64,000 nt of DNA, from NCBI GenBank assembly GCA_039028615.1, contig JBCCHT010000018.1, positions 32,001 to 96,000 of the forward strand, read 5' to 3'. The number at the start of each line of letters is the position of its first letter. Positions within the stretch are counted from its first letter, which is position 1. This document shows, one piece after another, positions 18,287-28,467 of this stretch. The DNA is from Myxococcota bacterium (lineage in GTDB: Bacteria > Myxococcota_A > Polyangia > Nannocystales > Nannocystaceae). The position numbers were made by a program, and so were the translations under genes. The notes under the pieces were generated by a model that did not search any database, was not told the origin of the DNA, and worked only from the letters and a program-made list of their open reading frames with translations.

Positions 18287-19627
18287 TCAGACCTGGATGG
18301 AGGCCCAGCTGCCCTTGCGCCAGATGGCGGCGAAGATGATGGCGGAGAGGCTGCGGTAGCCGATCTGGGCGGTCCAGATGGCGAGCAGGCCAGCGCCGAG
18401 GACGGGGCCGAGGGCGTAGGCGATGGGCAGGAAGAGCAGCCACTGGGTGGCGATGGAGACGACCATGGAGGTCCGAGCGGCGCCGGCTCCCATGAGGGCG
18501 TTCATGAGCACCATGCCGACGGCATCGATACCGATGGTGGCACCGACCAGCCGCAAGGGGCCGCGGGCGACTTCGATGGTCTCGGGCTCGCGCAGGAAGA
18601 CGCCGAGGATGAGGTCGGGGAACAGCAGCATGGGCAGGCCGAGGACGGTCATGATCACGGCGGCGATCTTGACGACGTCCCAGCCCCAGGCCTTGGCGTC
18701 TTCGGGATCTTTGCGGCCGAGGGCCTGACCGACGAGGGAGGCGGCAGCGAGGCCGAGGCCGAGGCCGGGCAGGACGGCGACGAGGGTCACGTTGATGACC
18801 ACGTTGGCCGCGGCGACCTCGGCCGTGGCATGGGCCGCGTCGGCCATGTTGCTGTGCGCGATGATCCAGAACAGGACGTTGAAGCCGGCGGCGAAGAACA
18901 GCTGTTGCAGCGCATTGGGCCAGGCGAGCCGACCGATGGTGCGGAGGTCTTCGGCCTCGGGGAGGCCGCGAAGGAAGCCGTTGGCGCGGGCGTACCGAAG
19001 CCCGAGATAGATGTAGTAGGCGGTGCCGATATAGGTGGCGATGGCCGAGGCGACGCCGGCCCCGGCCGCACCGAGCTCGGGCATGCCCAGGTTGCCGAAG
19101 ATCAGCAGCCAGTTGAGCAGGATGTTGGCCGCGTGCATGACCAACAAGGTGCGCAGGTACAGCTGCGACATGTTGACCCCGTTCCAGTAGCCCCGGAACG
19201 AGAAGTTCATGCCCACGGCCACCATGGCGAAGATGCGTGCCTGCAGGTACGGCACCCCGGCCTCGACCACCGCGGGGTCGGGGTTGAGCACGGGGAAGAT
19301 GTGCGGCACCACGAAGTACAGGCCGATCGACGCAGGGAGGCCGAAGACCAGGGCGATGAGCATGGCGCCGTTGAGCGGGACGGCGGTCTCGGAGTCGCGC
19401 TCCTCGCCTTTGCGCCGCGAGGCGATGGCCTGCACCCCGGCGGACAGCCCGGTGATGAACGCCATGGCCAGGAAATTGGCGAAGCTCCCCGTGCCCACCG
19501 CGGCGAGGGCCTCGTCGCCGAGCGTCCCCACCATGCCGGTATCGACGAGGTTGAGGATGTTCTGCGAGGTCATCCCCCCGATGATGGGGAGGGCGATGGC
19601 CAAGACCTGCCGGATCCGATCACGCAT
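18287..19627 (-). CDS. MATE-family efflux transporter
   Basis: About 12 TM segments; LVDTGMVGTLG..ALAAVG, NILLNWLLIFG..GMPELGAAGAG; ATG 19627. Confidence 0.9.
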   Translation of the reverse strand: MRDRIRQVLAIALPIIGGMTSQNILNLVDTGMVGTLGDEALAAVGTGSFANFLAMAFITGLSAGVQAIASRRKGEERDSETAVPLNGAMLIALVFGLPASIGLYFVVPHIFPVLNPDPAVVEAGVPYLQARIFAMVAVGMNFSFRGYWNGVNMSQLYLRTLLVMHAANILLNWLLIFGNLGMPELGAAGAGVASAIATYIGTAYYIYLGLRYARANGFLRGLPEAEDLRTIGRLAWPNALQQLFFAAGFNVLFWIIAHSNMADAAHATAEVAAANVVINVTLVAVLPGLGLGLAAASLVGQALGRKDPEDAKAWGWDVVKIAAVIMTVLGLPMLLFPDLILGVFLREPETIEVARGPLRLVGATIGIDAVGMVLMNALMGAGAARTSMVVSIATQWLLFLPIAYALGPVLGAGLLAIWTAQIGYRSLSAIIFAAIWRKGSWASIQV

Positions 19628-19700
19628 GGGCTGACGCCCGGACCATAACGTCACCGGCTTCCCCAAAGTTGCGTCCAACCGACAGAACAAGCGGTGGAAC

Positions 19701-20567
19701 TCACGCGGCCTCCGGTTCACCCCGGTGGACCTCCGCGAGCTGTAGGGGAGTGTCGCATCGGGGACATCGCCCGACGGGCACCTCGGAGCGCTTGGAGGGT
19801 GTGTTCAGGGGTTCGGGGAGGCGACGGGTCGCGGGTTGGAGAGCCAGCACGCCGTGTGCGGTCACATCGGGTCGAAGCCGCCCCGCCAGGACCTGCAGAC
19901 GAACGGAAAGCTCGGGCGCCGACAGCTCGACATGGGTGGTGCCGTCGGCGAAGGGGTGCCGCAGGCGATAGCGGAGCCGGCCGTCCCGGCTGGGGTCGGG
20001 CCCGGGGGTGACCTCCACGGGGTGCACGATGGGCCCCGCCACCACCTGATGCACGGCGCGGGCCCGGGAGCGGTTGTCCCCGACCAGCCGATCGAGCGCC
20101 TCGCGGAGCTCGGCCACCATGCGCTTCGAATCGCGACGCCGTGGCCCGGGCAAGGGGTGAAACACGGGCGCGTCGCCGTCCTGCCGGGTATGGACCCCGT
20201 CGAGGGCGAGGACATGCAGATGAACGGGGGCATGAGGAGCGGGGCCGAAGCGACGCAGGGTGCTGACGGCCCCGCACGCGTGCGGCCCGGGTATGGAGGC
20301 CCGACCGGCGGCGCGCCGGAGCCAGGCGAACACGGCCCCGATGCAGGCCCGGGTCACGGGCGAGCGCAGCCGAGGATCGGCCGAGCGCCGGGTCCCCGCC
20401 GACTCGCCGAGCGAGAACACCCAGTGTCGAACGGGTACCCGAGGCAAGAGGCGAGGGCGGGCCGCTGGGCGGGCGCGGATGCAGACGGGGCAGCGCGGGC
20501 GGGCGCGAGAGGATGACGGAACCATGCTCGAGCAACACAGCCAGATCCATGCCGACGTTGCGCGCAC
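19701..20567 (-). mobile_element. Degenerate IS91-family (HUH) transposase remnant
   Basis: LPRVPVRHWVFSL, CGAV...RRFG..HLHVLALDGV, DGRLRYRLRHPFADGTTHVEL, HGVLA, CPRC; the catalytic-Tyr segment is missing; start uncertain. Confidence 0.65.
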
Positions 20568-20758
20568 GTAATTTCACCGAAGTGCAGGTGGCTCGATCGA
20601 ACCATGGCCCATGGGTGGGCCGTCCGGGTGGTCCACCCGCGGGCCATCCGGGGCGACGAAGCGAGCGAAGACGATCGCGTGCCTGCCCGTCCCGTGACAC
20701 CATCGATGCAGTCGGCGTGCACGTGCATGGGTCTGTCGTTCATCGGGTCGTCACGGTC

Positions 20759-22276
20759 ATGGGAGCGCGCGTGCTCGCGCTGGTGGGGCTGGCGGTGGTG
20801 CTGTCGGCCTGTGCTTGGAATCGGCCCTACCGCATGGAGGGCAGCCCCGAAGAAGGCTGGACCATTGCCGAGCCCACGCCGGTCGAGCTGACGGGCAACC
20901 CCTGTGCGATGGCGCCGCCCGAGCCCGACAAGCGGGGCGAGTCGTGCGGCGATGCCTTCGCGGCGAAGAACCGCCGCCGCGACCGGCGAGACGACGACCT
21001 CGGGCGCACGGTGGAGTGGGTGCAGCGCGGCGGCGAGGACCTGTACAAGCTCGGCTTCGTCGAGATCGACGACCACGGCAATGCCTTCGATCCCCGCCAG
21101 CTCCAGACCAGCCTGAAGGCGCTCGAGCCCACCGACGGCGCGGGGGTCATCATGGTCACCTACGTGCACGGCTGGCATCACGACTCGCACCCCAACGACA
21201 GCGACGTGGTGAAGATGCGCTGCATGCTGATCAACCTCGCCGCCGACGAAGCGCAGCGAGTGGCCCGTGAAGGCGGCACGCCCCGACAGGTGCGTGGCAT
21301 GTACGTCGGCTGGCGCGGCCGCTCGTATCGCGGGCGGAGCATCTTCACCTTCTGGGCGCGCAAGCGGGGGGCGCATCGGGTGGGGGAGCGCTCCGCCGTC
21401 TCCGTGCTCACGCGGATCCAGCGGTTCGCCGAGCGCGTCACGGTGGCGGCCCCCGAGTCGAGCTTCGTGACCATCGGCCACAGCTTCGGCGCGGCAGTGG
21501 TGCACTCCGCCCTCGAGGCGACCTTGGTGCCCGAGCTGGCGGTGGCGGCCGACGCTGCCTCGCGGGGCGAGCCCGTGCCGATGGTGCACGGCCTGGGGCA
21601 GATCACGGTTTTGCTCAACCCTGCGTTCGAGGCGGGTCGCTACCGTCATGCGCGAGAGCTGGCCCAGGAGATCGCCGCCAACGGTGGCTTTCATCCCAAG
21701 CAAAAACCGGTGCTGTTGATGCTCACCACCAACAAGGACTGGATGACGCAGACCCCCTTCACCATGGGCATGCGGGTCCGGGGGCACAGGGGCAAGTTCA
21801 TCAAGGACGCCCGAGGCGACGAGAAGAAGGAGTACCTCACCGCGGTGGGGCACTACACGGACTATCACGAGCCCGGTGTCGGCATTGAATGTGTCAGCGG
21901 TGATGCGCTCGAGACCTCGGCCCGGGCGGCCGCGCACGCGCATGCCTTCGAGACGCCGAGCAAGCGCTGCTGGATCGACGGCTGGGAGCGGGCCCCGACC
22001 CCGCTGATGTCCGTCTACGACAAAGGCCAGGTCATGTGTGGACACAACGACGTGTTCAACTCGACCTTGCTGACGCTGCTGACGGACTTCGTGATGGACA
22101 TCGACGCGCCGCCGATCGTCGACCGCCCCGTGCCGCCACGAACCACCGTCGTCGAGGCGCCGCCCGAGCCGTTGAGCGCCACCCCGCCGGTCGAGCCTTC
22201 CCTCGAGCCGACGACGCCGAGCGAACCGCCGCCGTCGGCGAGTCCCGCCGAGGCGATCAGCCCGCCGGAGGATTGA
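20759..22276 (+). CDS. Lipoprotein alpha/beta hydrolase
   Basis: Lipobox LSAC; LGFVEIDDHG, YVHGWHH, IGHSFG, LLNPAFE, GHNDVF. Confidence 0.8.
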   Translation: MGARVLALVGLAVVLSACAWNRPYRMEGSPEEGWTIAEPTPVELTGNPCAMAPPEPDKRGESCGDAFAAKNRRRDRRDDDLGRTVEWVQRGGEDLYKLGFVEIDDHGNAFDPRQLQTSLKALEPTDGAGVIMVTYVHGWHHDSHPNDSDVVKMRCMLINLAADEAQRVAREGGTPRQVRGMYVGWRGRSYRGRSIFTFWARKRGAHRVGERSAVSVLTRIQRFAERVTVAAPESSFVTIGHSFGAAVVHSALEATLVPELAVAADAASRGEPVPMVHGLGQITVLLNPAFEAGRYRHARELAQEIAANGGFHPKQKPVLLMLTTNKDWMTQTPFTMGMRVRGHRGKFIKDARGDEKKEYLTAVGHYTDYHEPGVGIECVSGDALETSARAAAHAHAFETPSKRCWIDGWERAPTPLMSVYDKGQVMCGHNDVFNSTLLTLLTDFVMDIDAPPIVDRPVPPRTTVVEAPPEPLSATPPVEPSLEPTTPSEPPPSASPAEAISPPED

Positions 22277-23669
22277 TGACCAGGTTGAGCCCCGCCCCGG
22301 TCATGTCCGAGTAGGTGTAGGGCGCCTGCAGTCCCGGCACGGTCAGCTGCACCTGGTACGTGTCGGGGTCGACCTTGAACGCCTGGTTGGAGCCCTGGTC
22401 GACGATCCACACGAAGCCCTCGACGTCGATGCTCACCCCCACCGGAGTGATGCAGCCGGGCAGCTGGATCGCGGGCGCGACCACGCTGCGGGTGTTGACG
22501 TCGATGAGCCCGATGCCACAGCCGCCGAGCAGACCGGTGGAGTCCACGGCAAACCACGCGCGGTCCTCGGTGTCGACCATCACCCCGCGCATGGACTGGT
22601 TGCCCGTGCTGACGAACTGCCACTGGCCCGCGGTGATGTCGTACAGCGCCGCCGCGCCGCCGCTGGCGATCCACGGGTTGCCGTACTGATCGAGCGACAT
22701 CCCGTAGGACCACTGCTGATCGGGCAGGGGCGGGGAGGGCATCTCGATGCGCTCGACGTCGAGGGTGTCGCCGTCGATCCGCACCAGCGGCCCGAGCTGC
22801 CAGCCGATGACCCACAGGTCGCCGTCCTTGTTCACCGCGCCGCCGTAGGGCCCGAAGTTCAGCCCGTTCCACGGGATCTCCACCGTGTCTTCGATGGCCC
22901 CCGTGCTGCCGTTCATGCGATGGAAGACGCCGAGGCCTCCGGCGAAGTTGTACCAGCCGACCCACAGTCGCGGGCTGGGGGAGGCGCAGCCCTGCTGGGT
23001 CACGGTGCCCTCCCACGCGGTGGGGCGCGGGCCGTGCTCGTACGAGTTCGAAGGCAGCGGGATGTTCCACAGCACGCACTCGTCCGAGCCCCACGGCAGC
23101 ACGTCGGTGGCCCCGCTCGAGGTCTCGATGGTCCCGTTGCCGTTGGTGTCGACGCAGTCGTCGATGCGGGCCGCGATCTTGGTGACTCCACCACCGCCGC
23201 CACCCTGCGCTCCGCGGTTGGTCACCGCCACGTCGCCGTACAGGTTCACCGAGGTGCGCGACGGCTCGGACTGCGTGGCGGGGCCCGTCGCATAACGGCC
23301 CACCTCCGTGCCGGTCATGGTGTCGATCTTGGAGACGGTGCCTTGCGGGGAGTTGGCGACCCAGATGTAGCTGAACTCGACGTCCTCACCCATCATGCCG
23401 TTGCCGCCGCCGGGGCAGTCACCGCCGTTGGGTCCGCCTGCGTCGGTGCCCCCGCCCACGTCGAGCTTGTCGCCGCCGTCGTCGTCACCGCTGTCGTCGG
23501 CGGACTCGCCCGTGTCCTCCATCGGCGTGGTCAGGATGCCGGTCAGTCCGGTGGTGCCCGTGGCACTGCTGCCGTCGGCCGGGGTGCCACAGGCCATGCC
23601 CAGACACAGGGCTCCGAGGGCCCCTAACGCCATTCCGTTCCGCACTCCCAGGGTCACACACGCCATCAC
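22257..23669 (-). CDS. Lipoprotein with Vgb-lyase-like beta-propeller
   Basis: Lipobox GMAC; IWVANS..GTVSKIDT, PSRTSVN, DTNGNGTIETS, PYTYSDMTG. Confidence 0.75.
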   Translation of the reverse strand: MMACVTLGVRNGMALGALGALCLGMACGTPADGSSATGTTGLTGILTTPMEDTGESADDSGDDDGGDKLDVGGGTDAGGPNGGDCPGGGNGMMGEDVEFSYIWVANSPQGTVSKIDTMTGTEVGRYATGPATQSEPSRTSVNLYGDVAVTNRGAQGGGGGGVTKIAARIDDCVDTNGNGTIETSSGATDVLPWGSDECVLWNIPLPSNSYEHGPRPTAWEGTVTQQGCASPSPRLWVGWYNFAGGLGVFHRMNGSTGAIEDTVEIPWNGLNFGPYGGAVNKDGDLWVIGWQLGPLVRIDGDTLDVERIEMPSPPLPDQQWSYGMSLDQYGNPWIASGGAAALYDITAGQWQFVSTGNQSMRGVMVDTEDRAWFAVDSTGLLGGCGIGLIDVNTRSVVAPAIQLPGCITPVGVSIDVEGFVWIVDQGSNQAFKVDPDTYQVQLTVPGLQAPYTYSDMTGAGLNLVINPPAG

Positions 23670-23888
23670 GATTTCACCATTGCACGTGCAAGAACTGCAT
23701 GTCGAGAACGATCCGAGCTGAAGGGACCGTGCCGCTGCCTCGGATCACGACCCGATCTTGAACTCGATCGAGATGGCGTGCGCTTCGTCAGGCATCACGC
23801 AATGGCGAGTGTCATTGATGTTCGTGCCCTGACTTCGGACACGTCGGGTGCACGCGACTCGTGTGGGAAGTCGCGCGGCGACACGAGC

Positions 23889-25595
23889 TCAACGACGCTG
23901 CGTCGCGTCGGGCTCGATGACCAGACTGCGGAGTCGATTGATCGCCGCGACCAGCTCGTAGCGTCGCACGCCCGCGAGCTCGGGGAGGGCATCCAAGTCG
24001 TAGAGCCCTCGCTCGGCCGCGGCCGTGAGGGCGGCGTCGGCCAGCGCCCGCACCGAGTCGCCGCGCCGCCCGTGGCGGCCGATGAAGGTCAGCAGCACGC
24101 CGATCGCTCGGGCCTGGCTGTCGTCGACCAGCTGCTCCAGCGCACCCAGGTCGATGGTCTGCTCCCCGAAGCTCAGCTCCCGCAGCCCTCGTGCGCGTAC
24201 CTTGGATCGTCGACCGCGATCGCGACGCGGGTCGAAGGAGCGGAGGCTCGGGTGTCGCGGCGCGGGCTCGACGGGGCCGACCGGCGGCACCACGGCGCGC
24301 CCGGTGGGGTGCTCGGCCGCGACCGCACGGGCGCGCTCGGTGACCTCGTGCGGTCGATAGTCCTCCATCGCGATCACCGTGTCCGCGACCTCGAGGTAGT
24401 CACCGCTGCCGCCGACGACGAGCACGGTGGAGACGCCTGCCTCGGTGTGGAGCTGGCCGACCCGATCGATGAGCGGGGTGATCGTCTCGCGGGCGACCAG
24501 CGCCTGCATGCGAGCGTCGCGGATCAGCAGGTTGGTGGCGCAGCTGTCCTCGTCGAGCAGCAAGGCGGTGGCGCCGATCTCCAGCGACTCGATGATGGCG
24601 GCGGCGAGGCTCGTCGAGCCCGAGGCGTCAGGGGTGCTGAAGCTCTTGGTGTCACGATCGCCGGGCAGGTCGGAGATGAAGGGCCGCAGGTCGACCCCGA
24701 CCACGCTCCGCCCGTCTTCGCTGCGCAGCTTGACCGCATCGGGGCTGGTGGCGACCCACTCGCGCCCGTCGCCGGGCACGTGCGGGTCGATGCCCCGACA
24801 GATCGCCTCGAGCAGCGTGGTCTTGCCGTGAAAGCCACCCCCCGTGATCAACGTGACGCCGACGGGAAGCCCCATGCCCGTGACCTCCCCGTGGTGCAGC
24901 GTGGGCAAGGTGACGCGAAGGGAAGGCGGGCTCTGAAAAGGCACCGCGTCGCGCAAGGGCGCCGACGACACCCCTGATGAGCGCGGGAGGATCGAGCCGT
25001 CGCGTACGAACGCCACCAGCTCGTGCTCGGCCAGCTGCGACACGAGGTGCGCGTGGTCTTCGGCGAGCCGGACGAACGCCTCCGCCTTCGCGCGATCGAG
25101 CCGAGGCCACACCACCGCTCGGGCGGCCGCGGGTAGATCTTCGGTGAGCAGCCGGGCCGCCGCTCGCCCCATGACCCGACGTCCGCGCGCGGGCAGGCCC
25201 ACGCGAAAGCGCAGCTCGAGGGTGTCGCCCACGAAGCCGCAGCCGGAGCGCGGCAGGATCTCGGCGTCGCCCGAATCGACGAGCACCAGCCCGGACTTGC
25301 CGCTGCCGCTCCGATCGGTGCCGCCCGCCACCGCGCCTGCGAACCGCCGCAGCAGGAAGTCGGCGATCGCCGTGCGCCGCGTTGCCGTATCTCGCAGCGC
25401 CACGGGCACCTGGTGGATCGACACGTCCATGCACACCCGCACCCGCGAAGGGCTCGCGAACGGGTCGCCCTGCACGTGGTCGAGGGCGATGCTCAGCGCG
25501 TCGTCGCCCCAGGTGCCGCCGAGCTGCTTGTAGGCGCCATAGTTGCGGCCGTCGATCTGGGCCAGAGCACGGGCGAAGTCATCGAGCGAGCGCAC
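23889..25595 (-). CDS. ABC-class ATPase domain protein (ABC_ATPase family)
   Basis: VQGDPFASPSR, ITGGGFHGKTTLL, ASGSTS, LLDEDSCATN, GGSGDY. Confidence 0.88.
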   Translation of the reverse strand: MRSLDDFARALAQIDGRNYGAYKQLGGTWGDDALSIALDHVQGDPFASPSRVRVCMDVSIHQVPVALRDTATRRTAIADFLLRRFAGAVAGGTDRSGSGKSGLVLVDSGDAEILPRSGCGFVGDTLELRFRVGLPARGRRVMGRAAARLLTEDLPAAARAVVWPRLDRAKAEAFVRLAEDHAHLVSQLAEHELVAFVRDGSILPRSSGVSSAPLRDAVPFQSPPSLRVTLPTLHHGEVTGMGLPVGVTLITGGGFHGKTTLLEAICRGIDPHVPGDGREWVATSPDAVKLRSEDGRSVVGVDLRPFISDLPGDRDTKSFSTPDASGSTSLAAAIIESLEIGATALLLDEDSCATNLLIRDARMQALVARETITPLIDRVGQLHTEAGVSTVLVVGGSGDYLEVADTVIAMEDYRPHEVTERARAVAAEHPTGRAVVPPVGPVEPAPRHPSLRSFDPRRDRGRRSKVRARGLRELSFGEQTIDLGALEQLVDDSQARAIGVLLTFIGRHGRRGDSVRALADAALTAAAERGLYDLDALPELAGVRRYELVAAINRLRSLVIEPDATQRR

Positions 25596-25649
25596 GGGGC
25601 CGGAGCATACGCCACCGCGCGACGCTGCCCGGGCACCGCCCCGACCGGC

Positions 25650-26516
25650 TCAGCCCTGCGGGTACAGGCGGCGGATCTCCTCGCCCTCGCGGAGATCGTG
25701 CACCGACCGATATTCCCGCGACAGGTCGAGCCGCAGGTAGGTCTTGTTGCGGTTGTCGCAGCCGAACGAGGTCGACACGCAGATCTGCTCGTTGCCCATC
25801 TTCTCGTAGCCGCGGCGGACCACGTCGTGCCCGTAGGCGACGAACCCGTGGGGGGTATCGCCGCCATGCATGGCACGGAGCAGAGCCTGGGCGTCTTCGG
25901 CCTCGGCGTGTCGCGACCAGAGCAACGCGCCCAGCGTGCCCTCTTCGAACATGTCGTTGATCGCGATGAAGTCGTAGCCGTCGTACTCGATGCGTTCGAA
26001 CGACTCGATGTCGGGCTCGGTCGCTCGCGGTGCCCCGTGGGTGAACACGGCCCCGCACGGCGCCACTGCGACCAGGGGAAAGCGACGGAACAGCTGGTGG
26101 ATGCGCGGCGCCTCGACCCCCAGCGCCGCGTCGAGCACCGCCGCTTCGTCTTGATGAAACTTGCTCACCACGGGCCCGCCGATGTGGGCGTGCTCGTGGT
26201 TACCGAGCAACGCCACCGTGTTGGCGTGCTCGAGCCAGCGCTCGTAGTCGAAGACCAGCTCCGCCGATCGATCGCGATAGAACGTGCCGAGGTAGTCCGG
26301 CCACATCTGGGGGTTGGCCAGCCGATGCCCCGGCCCATGCACCAAGTCGCCGCAGAGCAACAGGATAGGGTCGTGCCCCGCCTCGTACTCACGGACGTAG
26401 AGCTGCTTGAGGGCGGTGTAGTCCTCGAAGTTCCCCTGCAGGTCGGTTGCGACCAGCAATACCCCGCGCTCCGGCAGCCGGGCGACCTTGCGGCCCCACC
26501 ATGGGCTCCGATGCAT
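25650..26516 (-). CDS. Calcineurin-like metallophosphoesterase
   Basis: TDLQGN, GDLVHG, GNHE, THG, YGHD motifs. Confidence 0.85.
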   Translation of the reverse strand: MHRSPWWGRKVARLPERGVLLVATDLQGNFEDYTALKQLYVREYEAGHDPILLLCGDLVHGPGHRLANPQMWPDYLGTFYRDRSAELVFDYERWLEHANTVALLGNHEHAHIGGPVVSKFHQDEAAVLDAALGVEAPRIHQLFRRFPLVAVAPCGAVFTHGAPRATEPDIESFERIEYDGYDFIAINDMFEEGTLGALLWSRHAEAEDAQALLRAMHGGDTPHGFVAYGHDVVRRGYEKMGNEQICVSTSFGCDNRNKTYLRLDLSREYRSVHDLREGEEIRRLYPQG

Positions 26517-26635
26517 CGACTACGCAGGCTACCACCGCCCCGGGTTGCGGTCACGTCCCACGAAGGCCCGGGTCGGGAAAACGCGGGCCGAAAGGGATGC
26601 GTGATTTCGCGACCCGGAACACCCCGAGGCCGGGG

Positions 26636-27454
26636 CTAAAAGGGGCAGGGGATCGGCAGCCGCGGGTTCATGAACGGCAAGACCCCCTCGACGTACGTGA
26701 AGTCTTCGTCGGGGATCACCACCCAGTGGTCGGCGAGCGGAGGTAGTAGCTCACCCTCGTTGTCGGTAACGGGGGCAGCTCCCGCTGCGAGGTAGTGGAT
26801 GTACAGCTCCGCGTTGAAGCCCGGCGGGAACTGGTTGCTGCCGCCTTCGATCGAGTCGCACAGGTTCGAGGTGAGACCGTTGTCGAAGGTCAACCACATC
26901 GTCTCCGGGCGCTCGGGGATTTGCGTGATGGCGACGACCCGAACCGGCGGCCCCGGCGGGTTGTAGCAGTAGTCGTTGCATTCCTCGTAGCAGTAGTCGT
27001 AGTCGCAGTACTCGTAGCAGTACTCTTCGCAGTTCCCGTCGCCGTTCATCTGGCCGACCTCCTGGTACACCGTCCCGTCGAAGCCGTAGTCTTCGTCGGC
27101 GGTGACGGCCGTGCTGAGTCGGAACTGGCGGGGATCGACCGCGTCCGCGGGCGCCAGCGCTTCGGTGAAGGTCAGCTGCAGCGTGAGGTTGTCGGTGAAC
27201 TGCGCGTCGATGAGCGCGGGCGGACCGGGGATGCCGGGCGGGATCGGAGGATCGACCGGGTCGACCGGGTCGTTCGGATCATTGGGGTCGTTCGGATCAT
27301 TGGGGTCGCTCGGATCGCTGGGGTCGCTCGGGTCGTTCGGATCGAACGACCCCGAGTCACCAAAGTCGTACGCGCGATCGACACAAGCGCCGAGGGTCAA
27401 AGACCCGCCCGCGATCGATACGTGGACCCAGCGACCGAATTTCAAACCAAGCAT
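26636..27454 (-). CDS. Hypothetical lipoprotein with DP(N/S/V) repeats and a Cys/Tyr-rich segment
   Basis: Lipobox LGAC; DPNDPSDPS... linker; CEEYCYEYCDYDYCYEECNDYC. Confidence 0.7.
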   Translation of the reverse strand: MLGLKFGRWVHVSIAGGSLTLGACVDRAYDFGDSGSFDPNDPSDPSDPSDPNDPNDPNDPNDPVDPVDPPIPPGIPGPPALIDAQFTDNLTLQLTFTEALAPADAVDPRQFRLSTAVTADEDYGFDGTVYQEVGQMNGDGNCEEYCYEYCDYDYCYEECNDYCYNPPGPPVRVVAITQIPERPETMWLTFDNGLTSNLCDSIEGGSNQFPPGFNAELYIHYLAAGAAPVTDNEGELLPPLADHWVVIPDEDFTYVEGVLPFMNPRLPIPCPF

Positions 27455-27589
27455 GGGATCAGCGTTTCAGATGGTCACCGCCAGGTCAACCGATCGCCCG
27501 TTTAGGTGGGATGCACAGCCATGGAATGCGTGGTCTCTGCGGCCGGTATTGGGCCCGTGCGAGACTCGCGACCTGATATCCTACCTTCG

Positions 27590-28405
27590 ATGACGGGGCG
27601 ATCGCGGATCTATCACTGCCCCTCGTGCGGGGGTCCTTGTGCCAATCCGCGGGCGACCGTGTGCGAGTTCTGCGAAGGCCCGCTGTTGCCCATGGGCACG
27701 CCGGACCCGCGGAACTCCATTCGCTGCTCCGCCTGCACCGCGCTCGTCAGTGCCGGCGCCAGCTTCTGCCCCTCATGCGGCGATCCGCTCGCTCAGGCCG
27801 CCAGCACCCAGCAATCCCGCGCCTGCCCGGCCTGCCCCGGTAGCGAAATGGAAGGCTTCCGGTTGCAGCCCACTGCCGCGCACCCGCAGGGCTGGGCCGT
27901 GTTCGGCTGTCGCGGATGTGGAGGCGTGTGGGTCGATCTCGAGACCCTCGACGCCATGCTCGCCTCCGCCGCCAAGCAAGGCAGCGGTGATGGTCGGGCC
28001 ATGTCCGTCAAGCGCCGCGCGCTCTCGCTGAACGGCAAGGTCGTCTACCGCCCCTGCGCGGTCTGCAAGGAGACCATGATCCGCCGCAATTTTGCCCAGA
28101 TCTCCGGGGTCATCGTCGACCAGTGCCGCCTGCACGGCACCTTCTTCGACGCCGGCGAGCTCGAGGACGTCCTCGCCTTCGTGCGCAGCGGCGGAATGGT
28201 CTTGGCCCGTCGTCGCCAGCACGAATCCCTCGATCGCGAGCGACGGCGCGCCGAAGCCCAGCAGGCCGCCAGCCACCGCAGCGTGCTCATGACCGAGGTC
28301 GAGCCCATGAGTGGTCTCCCCGTCGATGCCTTCTCCCACGAGCCCGACCTCGGCCTCGCCTTCGTGCGCTGGGCGGGCCGATGGGTCCGCACGATGTTCA
28401 AATAG
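27590..28405 (+). CDS. Multi zinc-ribbon (DZR/zf-TFIIB-like) protein
   Basis: Eight CxxC/CxxH pairs; GVWVD..L and GTFFDAGELE motifs. Confidence 0.75.
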   Translation: MTGRSRIYHCPSCGGPCANPRATVCEFCEGPLLPMGTPDPRNSIRCSACTALVSAGASFCPSCGDPLAQAASTQQSRACPACPGSEMEGFRLQPTAAHPQGWAVFGCRGCGGVWVDLETLDAMLASAAKQGSGDGRAMSVKRRALSLNGKVVYRPCAVCKETMIRRNFAQISGVIVDQCRLHGTFFDAGELEDVLAFVRSGGMVLARRRQHESLDRERRRAEAQQAASHRSVLMTEVEPMSGLPVDAFSHEPDLGLAFVRWAGRWVRTMFK

Positions 28406-28467
28406 CCCGCCCTTCGTTTTTCTCCCGCCGCGTGATCGTTCACCACGGTCTGGGCACTATCGAGGCG

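Noticed and set aside
22257..22276. 20-bp overlap of convergent gene ends
   Set aside because: Short tail-to-tail overlaps are ordinary in compact GC-rich genomes.
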